64,000 nucleotides of DNA from an uncultured Candidatus Saccharibacteria bacterium (GCA_964470995.1 CAYYEP010000002.1:29740-93739); one strand, 5' to 3'. Positions 19,171 to 29,371 are shown, counted from the first letter of the stretch. Notes: generated by a model from the letters alone, not told the origin. Translations and numbers: made by a program.

Positions 19171-20426
19171 TATTTTTTTGCCGCGTTTATTCCCGCCAGC
19201 CGTCCGGTAGACCAGCACTGCAACAAATTATAACCGCCGGTCCGGCCGTGGACATTAATGATCTCCCCGGCGAAAAAAAGATTGGAAATTATTTTTGACC
19301 GCATTGTTTTATCATCGATCCCATTAATGTCTACGCCTCCCCCGGTAACCATCCCCGCCTCAACATCCATCAGTCCGGCCACATCCAGCCGCAAACCAAG
19401 CATTATTTTTACCAAGCGTTGCCGCTCTTCGCGCGTAATGTAATTGGCGGTCTTTTCGGCCGGGACATCGGCAATCTCGCAAACCGCGCCCGCTACGCTC
19501 AGGGGAATCATTTCGGCCAGGCTGTTGGCTGCCTGCCGGTTTGGATTCTTCATAAACATTGCGTGTAAATCCTTTTCCAATTTGTCCTGATTGCTTTCCG
19601 GCAAAAGGTTAACCAAAAATTCCACCGGCCCCTTTTCTAGCAGTTCCCCCACGCGAAGACTCATTCCCAGCACCGCCGGCCCGCTCAACCCGAAATGGGT
19701 AAAAATTATTTCCCCGCTCTGGGTGAATATCTTTTTACCGCTTTGTAACACTGTAATCCGAGACCGCTTAAGACTCACTCCTGAAAGTTTTTTAGCCCAC
19801 AGCTGGTTCGTCCGCAGCGGCACCAGCGCGGGCTTAAGCTTTTCAATGCGATGCCCCAGATCGTGCGCGAACTCATATCCGTCGCCGGTCGAACCAGTTG
19901 CGGGATACGATTTTCCTCCCGTGGCTAATATATAATTGTTTGCTCTCACGGCTTGTCCATTACTCAAAATTATTTCCAATATCTTGCTCTCATCCTTCTT
20001 AATTGATGATACCGCCGCCCCGTAAATTATCTCTACTTTATTTTTTTTAATTTCCCCCGCCAGTACATCCAATAATTCAGTGGCCAAACCGCTTTTCGGG
20101 AAAACCCGTCCGCTGTCCTCGATTACAGTCTCAATACCCAATACATTAAAAAAATCCACCGCGTCTTCCGAACCAAACTCCGAAAACGCGTGAAACAAAA
20201 AAGGTCCGGTCTCCCCGTAATTAGCCACCAATGCCCGCAAATCCGGCTCGGCATTGGTCAAATTACAGCGGCCGCCTCCGGTCAATAAAAGTTTTTTACC
20301 CAGGGTATCGTTTTTTTCCAAAAGCGCGGTTATTACTCCAAGCCGCGCCGCCTGAATCGCGGCCATCATCCCTGCCGGCCCGCCACCAATCACCGCTACG
20401 TCATAATTTTTGTTCTTGGTTGCCAT
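19170..20426 (-). CDS. FAD-dependent oxidoreductase, HI0933-like
   Basis: DVAVIGGGPAGM dinucleotide-binding fold. C-terminal GEIINVHGRTGGYNL. Confidence 0.8.
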   Translation of the reverse strand: MATKNKNYDVAVIGGGPAGMMAAIQAARLGVITALLEKNDTLGKKLLLTGGGRCNLTNAEPDLRALVANYGETGPFLFHAFSEFGSEDAVDFFNVLGIETVIEDSGRVFPKSGLATELLDVLAGEIKKNKVEIIYGAAVSSIKKDESKILEIILSNGQAVRANNYILATGGKSYPATGSTGDGYEFAHDLGHRIEKLKPALVPLRTNQLWAKKLSGVSLKRSRITVLQSGKKIFTQSGEIIFTHFGLSGPAVLGMSLRVGELLEKGPVEFLVNLLPESNQDKLEKDLHAMFMKNPNRQAANSLAEMIPLSVAGAVCEIADVPAEKTANYITREERQRLVKIMLGLRLDVAGLMDVEAGMVTGGGVDINGIDDKTMRSKIISNLFFAGEIINVHGRTGGYNLLQCWSTGRLAGINAAKK

Positions 20427-20964
20427 TTTTTTTCGTGAAATCGTTTCTCAAACTTAATACTCCGATAATAATCCCTGTTATGATAATTGCAATACCCGAA
20501 TAGTAAAAAACATCGGATATTGCCTGCGCTTTGCCCAATAAATTGTTAAGCGACAGCAAATATGTCCAGTCATGCGTCCCGTCGCCCAGCAAAGGTAATT
20601 CTAGTTTCACCGCGTCGCCCGCGTAACGCGCCGCCCCGATACTGCTTTCCCCCAACCACAACATCACTATCCCCGCCGCATAGCGGTTCTTCTTTTCCCA
20701 AAAATATATCACCAGCACCACCGGTACCAACAATTGCATTATCGTTCCCCCGGCCGCGCAAACCACCTCTCCGAAAAGCGAAAATATAACATGTCCCGCT
20801 TCATGGAATACCAAATCGACATTATCGAAAAAATTCCCGCGCCCGCGGTTCGCCGCGCCGCGGCAAAAATAAAACGCCGCGCCCGCTAAAAAAACCGCCC
20901 TTAAAAAAGCTGTTTTGAAAAATCGCGGGTTTTTTCCTGCCGGATTCATTTTTTTTACTTCCAC
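20401..20964 (-). CDS. polytopic membrane protein with HExxH motif
   Basis: 187 aa with about 5 TM helices. HEAGH lies near the first TM helices. Possibly a membrane metalloprotease. Confidence 0.5.
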   Translation of the reverse strand: MEVKKMNPAGKNPRFFKTAFLRAVFLAGAAFYFCRGAANRGRGNFFDNVDLVFHEAGHVIFSLFGEVVCAAGGTIMQLLVPVVLVIYFWEKKNRYAAGIVMLWLGESSIGAARYAGDAVKLELPLLGDGTHDWTYLLSLNNLLGKAQAISDVFYYSGIAIIITGIIIGVLSLRNDFTKKNGNQEQKL

Positions 20965-21737
20965 CCGTTCTCATCGGAATCGTAAACTCTAGGACAACCC
21001 TGGGGGCAATCGTAGCCGTTCTCATCGCTGGCACATATCTGGTCACCGCACCGCGCCGCCTCTCCGGCGCGGAACGCTACCGTGATCCGGCTGTCGCCAT
21101 TCCCCAAATAAGTGCAAAAAGAATCTTTATACGGCCCGATAATTGAATCATCTCCCAATATATTAACCATCGAATCGGCAATACCATTGGCCCCCAATGT
21201 ATAACCCGCAATATTGGACGCCCAAACTCCGCCGGGATAACCGGCGACACCCTTAAGTTTTACGGCAACCAGATTACCGCCCACCGCTAAACCGCTCCGG
21301 TTTCGGTTGCTATGGCACGCAATCACCAAATTTTCACCGTCGGTGCTTATACTATAAGTTTCTCCCCCGTCCGTCATAAACTTTGCCGGCGATTCAGTAA
21401 TGCTGTGAATATAAAATTCATATTTGGATACCGAACCCGTCTGTTCATAAATAACCACCGATGAAGCCGAAGCAACCTTGATCTTACCCGTCGCGCAATC
21501 ATCCGGACATTGCGTTTCGTTCTCGCCGCTGGTGCAAACTCCGTCGCCGCAAACCAAACTTGTCGCGCCTTGGATTAACGGTTGTTCGCTTCCCGCGCCG
21601 GTTACGGCAACACATCTATTGCTGTCAAAACACGGATCAGCTCTATGCGTAACAACCAACATCGCCGTAACGACCCCGGAAAACGCCGCTATCACCAGAA
21701 GCACCACCAAACTGCGATTATCGTTTTGAATATTCAT
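20955..21737 (-). CDS. secreted Cys-rich protein
   Basis: Signal anchor. Two CGDxxC...E....CPxxC modules (CGDGVCTSGENETQCPDDC and CGDQICASDENGYDCPQGC) flank a beta-rich core. Confidence 0.55.
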   Translation of the reverse strand: MNIQNDNRSLVVLLVIAAFSGVVTAMLVVTHRADPCFDSNRCVAVTGAGSEQPLIQGATSLVCGDGVCTSGENETQCPDDCATGKIKVASASSVVIYEQTGSVSKYEFYIHSITESPAKFMTDGGETYSISTDGENLVIACHSNRNRSGLAVGGNLVAVKLKGVAGYPGGVWASNIAGYTLGANGIADSMVNILGDDSIIGPYKDSFCTYLGNGDSRITVAFRAGEAARCGDQICASDENGYDCPQGCPRVYDSDENGWK

Positions 21738-21873
21738 TTTAGCTAAATTAGCCTATTCGCTTTTATAAATATTTTAACATAGCACTCCCAAAACCGCCCC
21801 CGCTGGCCATAAACCATCGCCTTCTGGTAAAATTAGATTAATATGATAAACAGCTTAATATAATAAATAATAT

Positions 21874-22788
21874 ATGGAAAACAATGTTCCCGCCGTATCC
21901 ATCCCTCCCGCCGCTGCCGCATCCCCCAATAAGATCAGCCGCGTCAAAGGCGGCTATCTTATCGCCGCCGGAAGTTTTAAAATACTGAACCAAAATCGGT
22001 CAATAATGCTTTTCCCGCTTTTTGCCCTGATTATCGACCTGATGCTTGTCGCCGGCGGTATCGCCAGCTATATGTATCTTTCGGGAGCTCTCGACAGCAG
22101 CAGTTTGGCAGATAACGGCAATCCCGAAATGAATACCATTTATTACGCCGCCTACTTTGTGCTTTATCTTGTTTCCATTTTTATCGCCTCCCTTTTCCAA
22201 GCCGGCATGGTTTATCTCGTAAACGCGCACTTGAACGGACAAAAAATGACCTTCAGCGAAGGCTTTAGCGCCGCCGCCAAACTCAGCGGCAAAATATTTT
22301 TCTGGTCGCTGATTGCCGCCACGGTTGGCGTTATCTTAAATATGATCGCCAACCGCTTTAAACTGATCGGCCGCTTGGCCGCCCAAATTATGGGCGCGGC
22401 CTGGGAAATCATCTCCTTTTTTATCGTTCCGGTACTGGTACTGGAAAAAGAAACTGTCGGCGGTTCGATCAAGCGTTCCGGTTCGGTCTTTAAAAACAAA
22501 TGGGGAGAAACCCTGATCGCCAATTTTTCTCTCGGATTATTCTTTGCATTCATTATTGTTGCGGTATTATGCGCAATGCTAATATTTTTCTTCCTGGCTC
22601 AACCATCAACTATTGGTATATTGATTCTATTTGGTATTTTTTTATTGTTCGTGGTCGCCGTCATAATTGTTTCCTCGGCAATAGAAACCATTTATCGGAC
22701 TATCCTTTACGATTACGCGGTAAACAACCGGATATCCGAAAGCTTCACTCCTGAACTTTTAACCGACGCCGTAAAAACCAAAAAATAA
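21874..22788 (+). CDS. polytopic membrane protein, unknown function
   Basis: 304 aa with 5-6 hydrophobic helices. No family recognised. Confidence 0.6.
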   Translation: MENNVPAVSIPPAAAASPNKISRVKGGYLIAAGSFKILNQNRSIMLFPLFALIIDLMLVAGGIASYMYLSGALDSSSLADNGNPEMNTIYYAAYFVLYLVSIFIASLFQAGMVYLVNAHLNGQKMTFSEGFSAAAKLSGKIFFWSLIAATVGVILNMIANRFKLIGRLAAQIMGAAWEIISFFIVPVLVLEKETVGGSIKRSGSVFKNKWGETLIANFSLGLFFAFIIVAVLCAMLIFFFLAQPSTIGILILFGIFLLFVVAVIIVSSAIETIYRTILYDYAVNNRISESFTPELLTDAVKTKK

Positions 22789-22797
22789 ATTATTAAC

Positions 22798-22838
22798 AAA
22801 AAAACCGCCTCGGCCGCGCGCCAAAGCGGTTTTTTGTT
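22798..22838. terminator. bidirectional terminator between convergent genes
   Basis: AAAACCGC...GCGGTTTT stem with an A-run before and a T-run after. Confidence 0.6.
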
Positions 22839-22842
22839 CGCG

Positions 22843-23658
22843 CTATCGTATCTCGTATGTAATATTCACGCTCGACTCGATCTTGTTCTGCCCGGTTTGA
22901 ATCGCCGGAGTCGCCGATTCCTGTACCGCGTCCATTTCCATCCCCTTGGCGTAATTAGTTGTATAAGTAGGATAATATCCGCCCTCGCTGTAACCGGTGA
23001 TATCTCCCAATTTTACCTCCAGCTGTTGGGCCAAAACCGCCGCCTTGGCCTTCGCCTCTTCAATTGCCTGTTTACGCGCCTGTTCCTGCAAAACTTCAGG
23101 CTTATCGATTGTAAACTGCAAATCGCCTACCTGGTTAGCCCCTGACGCAGCCGCCTCCTGAATAATCTGGCCAACTTTAGACATATTGTCCTGGCGGACT
23201 TTCACCGTCAGCGTTTGGGTAATATCGTAACCCGAAAGCTGTCTCTTCCCCGAAGGATAATAAACTCTCATCTCCGTAGTTTCCGGATTGGTTTCAATAT
23301 AATCGTAATGGGGATTAATGTTAAAACCGCTGGTCCGCAGATCATCGTCAGCCACCCCAAGGCTTTTCACCGCGTCAATTATCGCGTTCATCTTCCTGGT
23401 GTTATCCTCCATCGCTTCCGCCACGGTTTTTGATTCGCTAAGTACTGAAAAATCCATCGTGGCCAAATCCGGACTGGCGTAAACTTCGCCTTTTCCGGAA
23501 ACCGTTATCGAACTCATCCCGGCCGCGTCCCGGCCGATGTATTTATTTTCCTTAACTGCGTTCACCGCCAATATCGCAACATAAACTGCCAGCACCATAA
23601 AAAGCACTCCGGCGGCGCCTGCCGCATATCCTGTTTTTTCTCCAAATATTTTTTCCAT
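22843..23658 (-). CDS. SIMPL (DUF541) domain protein
   Basis: TM anchor, then LSGYDITQTLTVKVR, ANQVGDLQFTI and QARKQAIEEAKAKA. Confidence 0.8.
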   Translation of the reverse strand: MEKIFGEKTGYAAGAAGVLFMVLAVYVAILAVNAVKENKYIGRDAAGMSSITVSGKGEVYASPDLATMDFSVLSESKTVAEAMEDNTRKMNAIIDAVKSLGVADDDLRTSGFNINPHYDYIETNPETTEMRVYYPSGKRQLSGYDITQTLTVKVRQDNMSKVGQIIQEAAASGANQVGDLQFTIDKPEVLQEQARKQAIEEAKAKAAVLAQQLEVKLGDITGYSEGGYYPTYTTNYAKGMEMDAVQESATPAIQTGQNKIESSVNITYEIR

Positions 23659-23851
23659 AATTATTTATAGATTTAAAACCTGCCCTCGACCTTTATTTTG
23701 GTAACATGATCATAGCAAAAAATACCAGAACCTGAAGTCTAACCGTATTTTTTTTAAAAAACTTCCGGCGGCTCTCCTAAGTTGATAATATCTTATATGC
23801 GCTATTATTTACAGTATCACAAACCCGGTAAAGTGCATTTTCCTTCAATTT

Positions 23852-23881
23852 AAAAGCGGCTTGCAATTAAAAGCCGCTTTT
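23852..23881 (-). terminator. rho-independent terminator
   Basis: AAAAGCGGCTT / AAGCCGCTTTT stem with an 8-nt loop, downstream of the 23932 gene. Confidence 0.65.
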
Positions 23882-23931
23882 GAAACAATTCTATTGATTT
23901 TTTAAACCATTGATCCGCAAATCGATCCGCC

Positions 23932-24309
23932 CTAATCCTGCGAACATACGCATTGGCAATAACCTTCGCGGCATTTGCTTTCCAAGGACGCTTCCGCGGG
24001 AGCAACGCATTCGGTAGAACATAACCAGTCTCCACCCGCTACCGCGCATTGCTGTTTTTCCACGGCTTCCGGCTGCCGGCCGCTGATCTTCGAACCGCAA
24101 ATACCGGCGTAATCAGACTTCTCGTAACCCGCAGTTATCGAATCCGTCTTATTGTTGCTGCCAAGACGCGCAAAATTCGGAGCCGAAATTTCTAATACCG
24201 AATCGCTAATAAACAATATCACCCATGACGTCAATGCGCCGATTAAAGCCGATACCAAAACCACTCCCAGCCAATTCGTGTCTCCTTTTTTAAAAAACAA
24301 ATTCTTCAT
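23932..24309 (-). CDS. small anchored Cys-rich protein
   Basis: 125 aa. N-terminal TM (WLGVVLVSALIGALTSWVILFI) and 8 Cys in the C-terminal half. Confidence 0.5.
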   Translation of the reverse strand: MKNLFFKKGDTNWLGVVLVSALIGALTSWVILFISDSVLEISAPNFARLGSNNKTDSITAGYEKSDYAGICGSKISGRQPEAVEKQQCAVAGGDWLCSTECVAPAEASLESKCREGYCQCVCSQD

Positions 24310-24417
24310 TTTTTTGTATTATTTAAATAACCGTTGTCGACGATTTTATTTTAACAGAAAAACGTTTTAAAAGTAACCGCCGAAAAAAACGACAGATGCC
24401 TTTTACAAAAAAACGGC

Positions 24418-26112
24418 TCACGCCGCTTTTTTTTGTTGCGCCATGTGATATCGGTAGTCTTCATAATTACCGTAATAATGATTCAATCGACCGCCCCTCA
24501 CCTCCCAAATATGATTGCAAACCTCGTTCAAAATATAGCGGTCGTGGCTCACCAAGATTATCGTTCCCTTATATTCATTGAATACGTTTGTAATAACCTC
24601 CTTACTGGGCAGATCCAAATGATTGGTCGGCTCATCCAGCAAAAGCATATTCAGCTTTTGCAAAATAAGTTCGGCCAGCGCCACGCGGGCCCGCTCGCCG
24701 CCCGACAAACATTTGATCTGTTTCTTTTCCACGTCCGCCGGCGCGAACAGCAGCGCTCCCAGCACCGCGCGGATACGCTCTTCGGTTTCAACAGTTTTTA
24801 ACGCCACCTCATCCAAAATCAATTTTTCCGGGTCAAGATCTTCATGCGCCTGCGCGTAATATCCTGCCATAACCCGGTTATCAACAGTAATCTTTCCTTT
24901 TAGCGGCGGCATTTTGTTCAAAATACTTTTAAGCAGGGTTGATTTACCCATTCCGTTATTACCGATAATACCGATCTTGTCGCCCCATTCCACCTCGATT
25001 TTGCCCTCCTGGGCAAACAGCGGTTTCTCTTCCGGGCCGATACTGATATTATCCAGCTTCATCACACAGCGGCAAAGCTTGGTCCCCGCATCCAATTTAA
25101 TACGAATATTTTTCCCCGGTTCTTCGGGCAATTCAATCAAATCCATCTTTTCCAGCATCTTAATACGGCTCTGCACCGCGCTGGCCTTAGTCGCTTTGTA
25201 GCGGAAACGATCAATAAACTCCTGCTGCTGCTTCAAATAATTTTGCTGAATTTTATAATCTTTCTCCAGCCGCTCGCGCCGCGCTTCCTTTTCAATAACA
25301 TAGTCCGAATAACGGCAATTGTATTTTTCCAGCCCGGCATGAGTCAATTCGTATGTTTTATCGCATACCTTGTCCAAAAAATACCGGTCATGCGACACAC
25401 ACACAATTGCCTTATTCCAGTGAATCAAAAAATTCTCCAGCCACTCGCAGGTTTCAATATCCAAATGGTTGGTCGGCTCATCTAAAATTATAACGTTCGG
25501 ATTGGCCAGCGCCACCTTCGCCAGTGCCAGCTTGGTGCGTTCGCCGCCACTCAATGTTCCCACAGTACGAACCCATGATTCTTCGGCAAAACCAAAATCT
25601 CCCAGCAGTCTCTCTATCAACCCTTCATAACGGTATCCATCGCTGGCCTTATAAACCTCCAACAGCTGCAGATAATCCGTCGTTTCGGCTTCCGTCAGCA
25701 CGCCTTCCCGATCTTTTTTCTCCAATAAGTTCTTTTGTTCCATCAATGCTTTCATTTTTGGGTTCGCCGAATGTATCTCTTCAAAAACCGTATTGTTCAG
25801 CGAATCCCAATGCGTTTCCTGGGGCAAATAACCGATGCGCGCCAGCCGATGCAGTTCGCGCGATCCTTCATCAGCTTCTTCCTCGCCAATAATTATTTTC
25901 AACAATGTGGTTTTGCCCATGCCATTGGCCCCCACAATCGCAATCCGATCGCCGGCCATTACTTTTAATCGCGCGCCCGCAAACAATTCCTCCTTACCGT
26001 AGGCCTTCGCCGCATCCTTTAGAATAACCAAAGGGTCCCCGGTGGCTGCCGCTCCGCCCCTGGCTAAATTCTTAGGTATTCTTATATTAGATTTTATATT
26101 TTTATCTGCCAT
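24418..26112 (-). CDS. ABC-F family ATPase
   Basis: Two ABC cassettes (GANGMGKTT/LSGGERTK and GNNGMGKST/LSGGERAR) and no TM domain. Confidence 0.9.
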   Translation of the reverse strand: MADKNIKSNIRIPKNLARGGAAATGDPLVILKDAAKAYGKEELFAGARLKVMAGDRIAIVGANGMGKTTLLKIIIGEEEADEGSRELHRLARIGYLPQETHWDSLNNTVFEEIHSANPKMKALMEQKNLLEKKDREGVLTEAETTDYLQLLEVYKASDGYRYEGLIERLLGDFGFAEESWVRTVGTLSGGERTKLALAKVALANPNVIILDEPTNHLDIETCEWLENFLIHWNKAIVCVSHDRYFLDKVCDKTYELTHAGLEKYNCRYSDYVIEKEARRERLEKDYKIQQNYLKQQQEFIDRFRYKATKASAVQSRIKMLEKMDLIELPEEPGKNIRIKLDAGTKLCRCVMKLDNISIGPEEKPLFAQEGKIEVEWGDKIGIIGNNGMGKSTLLKSILNKMPPLKGKITVDNRVMAGYYAQAHEDLDPEKLILDEVALKTVETEERIRAVLGALLFAPADVEKKQIKCLSGGERARVALAELILQKLNMLLLDEPTNHLDLPSKEVITNVFNEYKGTIILVSHDRYILNEVCNHIWEVRGGRLNHYYGNYEDYRYHMAQQKKAA

Positions 26113-26397
26113 TTATTTAAACCCTTTCTTGCGTTTTTCAAACAAAAAACAGGGTTTGCTTATGATATGGCGCTTAGCGCCAAAAAAACCTGACCGAATA
26201 TCAAGCAAATTACCTGTTGCTACGTTGTTAGTTTTATCTCTTTTTTATCGTAAAAAATTTTCATACTTTTAAACAAAAAAATTATACAATATTTACAAAA
26301 AAAATCAACACCGCGCGCTGCCAGTATCATAACCGCCCACCGGGAATATTGCATCCTGTATCTATTCCTCCTTTAGAATCGATTGCCCGGTATCGGA

Positions 26398-26425
26398 TTG
26401 ACACCGCATTGGGCAATGGTAAAAT
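26398..26425 (+). promoter_or_regulatory. sigma-70-like promoter with extended -10
   Basis: TTGACA (26398-26403), 16-nt spacer, TGgTAAAAT (26417-26425). Confidence 0.55.
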
Positions 26426-26431
26426 TATAAC

Positions 26432-26564
26432 CATACAGTGCGTTATTCTTGAGATCTCACTCGGGAAGCGCCAAATGGCAGGAGATTTTTTTTATGCCTC
26501 CTGCTCCTTTCCCCGCCCCTAACCGGGGCTGGAACAGCTCAAAAAACGCCTACGGCGTTTTTTG
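26432..26564 (+). ncRNA. candidate leader RNA or small RNA ending in an intrinsic terminator
   Basis: About 130 nt between the promoter and the terminator AACGCC-TAC-GGCGTTTTTT (26541-26564). Internal hairpins GCAGGAG/CTCCTGC and GCCCC/GGGGC. The L,D-transpeptidase ATG is 74 nt further downstream. Confidence 0.35.
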
Positions 26565-26637
26565 AGTTAAAAGCGGTTTTGGGCTATGATAATCCAATCG
26601 GGCCCGCCAAAGGGCCCTATGTTATGAGATCAGCGCT

Positions 26638-28158
26638 ATGCCAAAACACCTCAAGATCAGGAACAAAAACCACCCTCTCAACAAATTCCTGCGAAAATTT
26701 TCCAAATTTTTTTTAGCGGTTCTGGCCGGCGCTTTTATCATTGCCATTCCCAAATTGCTCGACCGCGAAATCGAAACCCTGCCGTATCCCCAATCATATT
26801 CGGCCTCCCCGGTTTCGTGCGACAATGACGCCGCCGCCGGCACCCGGATAAAATTCAAATTCCAACCTTCCGCCACCGCGCAATACGCCGCGCCGGCGTA
26901 TTCAATCGAAGAAATCAGCCAAAAAGGAAAAACCATGGTCACATTCGAACAAACGGCGTCTCTGGCCGGTGAATTTTCCTATAATGATGTCATTAACGAT
27001 CCCCTGGTCGAACTGCTCGACTATTACATCAAAGACAATAAACTGGTCATCGAAATAACCCGCCGCGGCAATTACCTGCCGGCAAAAGTTATCGCCCAAG
27101 GGCTAATAGCCACAATCATCCTGCCCCCCGGCAACAATGATTTTCCGGCCATTGCCAACGAAAAACCCGCCCGCGATTCGGCGGCCTTTCCGGCCCTGCA
27201 TCCCGTAAGTTTTGACGCGGTTCTAAACGGCAACCCGCGAAACATATATTTATTTTTCAACAACGAACCCGCGCAATTCGCGATAGAAAAAACCGCGACC
27301 AGTACCTGGGCCGTCGCTTTCGAAAAGGAACTTCAAAACGAAACCGAATACACAGTAAAAGCAATCGTTACCGATGATTCCGGCCGCACCGCCATCGCCT
27401 CCTGGAATTTCACCGGCCGAATACCTAGCGCGGCCATCCTGGGCAAAAACCGTTTCAAATACCTTGGCTGGTGGGGCCAAATCAACGCCAGCGGCGTCAC
27501 GGTCCGCAAAGGCGCCGGAACCTCGTTCGATAAGATCGGCAGTCTGTCGTCGGCCGAACGGGTCAAAGTTTTGGAAGAGGTTTTTGGCGAATGGGTCAGC
27601 GGCAAAAATCTATGGTATAAAATCGACGGCGGCAAATATGCCGGCGATTATGTTTTTTCGGACTACGTCACCCCAATGAGCCAACCCGAAGCACCCGCGA
27701 ATTTTACCATTCCCGAAGAAATCAGCACCGGCGAAAATTGGATCGACGTCGATCTCACCAAAAAAGTGCTCACTCTTTTTACCTACGACAAACCGCTTTT
27801 CGCCACCTACATCGCTTCCGGACGGCCCGAAAATCCAACCCGAACCGGCCTCTACCGCGTCTGGTACAAGCTTGAAAAAGCCGAAATGCAAGGCGGCCCG
27901 CCGCTGCACGCTTACCGTTATCATTTAAAGGATATTCCCTGGACAATGTATTACAATAACGACTACGCCATCCATGGCACTTACTGGCACGATAAGTTCG
28001 GCACCCAGCAGTCCGCGGGTTGCACCAATATGACGCAAGGCGACGCCAAATATATTTTCGACAACACCCTGCCCGCCATCCCCGAAAACAAAAAAAGTGT
28101 TTTTTCCCGCGACGAATACTCTAAAGGCACCGGCACCGTTGTTCGCAACCACGAATGA
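26638..28158 (+). CDS. L,D-transpeptidase (YkuD domain) with SH3-like domain
   Basis: 506 aa. TM anchor, SH3-like GVTVRKGAGTSFDKIGSL...WYKI, and C-terminal catalytic HGT...SAGCTNM. Confidence 0.85.
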   Translation: MPKHLKIRNKNHPLNKFLRKFSKFFLAVLAGAFIIAIPKLLDREIETLPYPQSYSASPVSCDNDAAAGTRIKFKFQPSATAQYAAPAYSIEEISQKGKTMVTFEQTASLAGEFSYNDVINDPLVELLDYYIKDNKLVIEITRRGNYLPAKVIAQGLIATIILPPGNNDFPAIANEKPARDSAAFPALHPVSFDAVLNGNPRNIYLFFNNEPAQFAIEKTATSTWAVAFEKELQNETEYTVKAIVTDDSGRTAIASWNFTGRIPSAAILGKNRFKYLGWWGQINASGVTVRKGAGTSFDKIGSLSSAERVKVLEEVFGEWVSGKNLWYKIDGGKYAGDYVFSDYVTPMSQPEAPANFTIPEEISTGENWIDVDLTKKVLTLFTYDKPLFATYIASGRPENPTRTGLYRVWYKLEKAEMQGGPPLHAYRYHLKDIPWTMYYNNDYAIHGTYWHDKFGTQQSAGCTNMTQGDAKYIFDNTLPAIPENKKSVFSRDEYSKGTGTVVRNHE

Positions 28159-28985
28159 AAAACATTAAAAGAATAATAGACCGCCAAAAAAAGAAATTGG
28201 TTCTTGCCGCCTTACTTGCGGCGGCATTGCTCGCCTATGCCCATCTGGAAACCTACTGGGTGGAAATAAAGACGGTCACCGTCAAAAACGAAAATCTCCC
28301 CTTGGAATTCTCCGGCAAAAAGATTATCTTTATCTCCGACGCGCACTGCGGCGAATATTTGAATCCCAAACGCCTTGGCTTGATCGTTGAACAGATAAAT
28401 CGTCTGGCCCCCGACATCATCTTGCTCGGTGGCGATTACGTCAGCCGCGACGCCAAAAACATCACCGCCTGTTTTGCGGAATACTCCAAACTGGCCGCGC
28501 CTATGGGAATATTCGGGGTTCTTGGCAATCACGATATCGAAGCCGGCAAAAACAACGTAATAAAAAAAATGCTGGCGGCCGGAATCATTCCCTTAGCCAA
28601 CGAAAACCGCCTCATCGAAATCGGCGGTCGCGCGATCACTATCGCCGGCGCCGACGAGGCTCGATACGGCGTACCCGACGGCGCCGCCGCTATGGCCGGC
28701 GCCGCCGACTTTACAATTTATCTAAGCCATGACCCCGCTTATTTCGAGGAATACGCCGATAATCGCGCCAAATTACTTTTGGCCGGCCACACCCATGGCG
28801 GCCAAGTAACCTTATTCGGCCTGCCAATGGCAAGCTTGGCGCACTGGCATAACTATAAATACGGCCAAGGAATATACGAAGAAACCGGCCGCACTATTAT
28901 TATTTCCAATGGCATCGGCGCCACCATCCTGCCCTTAAGATTTTTCGCCCGCCCCCAGATAAATTTTATCGAACTTAAAAAATAA
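28155..28985 (+). CDS. membrane-anchored metallophosphoesterase
   Basis: DAHCG, GGDYV, GNHD and GHTHGGQ motifs. ATGA overlap with the upstream gene. Confidence 0.85.
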   Translation: MKNIKRIIDRQKKKLVLAALLAAALLAYAHLETYWVEIKTVTVKNENLPLEFSGKKIIFISDAHCGEYLNPKRLGLIVEQINRLAPDIILLGGDYVSRDAKNITACFAEYSKLAAPMGIFGVLGNHDIEAGKNNVIKKMLAAGIIPLANENRLIEIGGRAITIAGADEARYGVPDGAAAMAGAADFTIYLSHDPAYFEEYADNRAKLLLAGHTHGGQVTLFGLPMASLAHWHNYKYGQGIYEETGRTIIISNGIGATILPLRFFARPQINFIELKK

Positions 28986-29052
28986 TCCCCTCGATTAATA
29001 TAATTCTGCCGGATTATTGCCCAAATCTAAAAAACATCCTCCCAAAAATTTA

Positions 29053-29259
29053 TTAGGCACCATCCCAAATTACCGTCTTAACAATCGGTTTATCGAATAT
29101 TCGCTCATTAATACTGATATCAAACTGCGTATCATTCCCGCCCCGCACCGAACCAAACTTTATTTTTTTATCCCGCACAAACCAATCCTCGCAAAGAAGG
29201 ATGTTGGGCCGCTCATTGTTTTTTATTTTGCCATATTTATCCATAATCCAATCTATCAA
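29053..29259 (-). CDS. hypothetical protein
   Basis: 68-aa ORF of balanced composition. TTG start at 29259 or ATG at 29244, no SD. An overlapping plus-strand ORF is equally unsupported. Confidence 0.3.
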   Translation of the reverse strand: MIDWIMDKYGKIKNNERPNILLCEDWFVRDKKIKFGSVRGGNDTQFDISINERIFDKPIVKTVIWDGA

Positions 29260-29308
29260 AAACGGCTAAATTTAACGTGAAAGACGGGCGCAATCGCCGC
29301 CGCCCCAA

Positions 29309-29362
29309 AAAATAAACTACCCCGGGGACAGAGCCCCGAAGTATTCTGGCAGATAAATAAAA
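29309..29362 (-). repeat. GC-rich repeat family A, minimal 54-bp copy (A1)
   Basis: Minus strand reads TTTATTTATCTGCCAGAATAC...CCCCGGGGTAGTTTATTTT, i.e. both family termini with the interior deleted. Confidence 0.7.
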
Positions 29363-29371
29363 AAGGACGGC

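Noticed and set aside
26432-26564. Leader upstream of the L,D-transpeptidase considered as a c-di-AMP (ydaO) or TPP riboswitch
   Set aside because: I could not find the conserved cores (for example the ACAGCUAACC-type ydaO segment, or the TPP CUGAGA...ACCUGAUCUGGAUAAUGCCAGC). It is kept only as an unclassified candidate.
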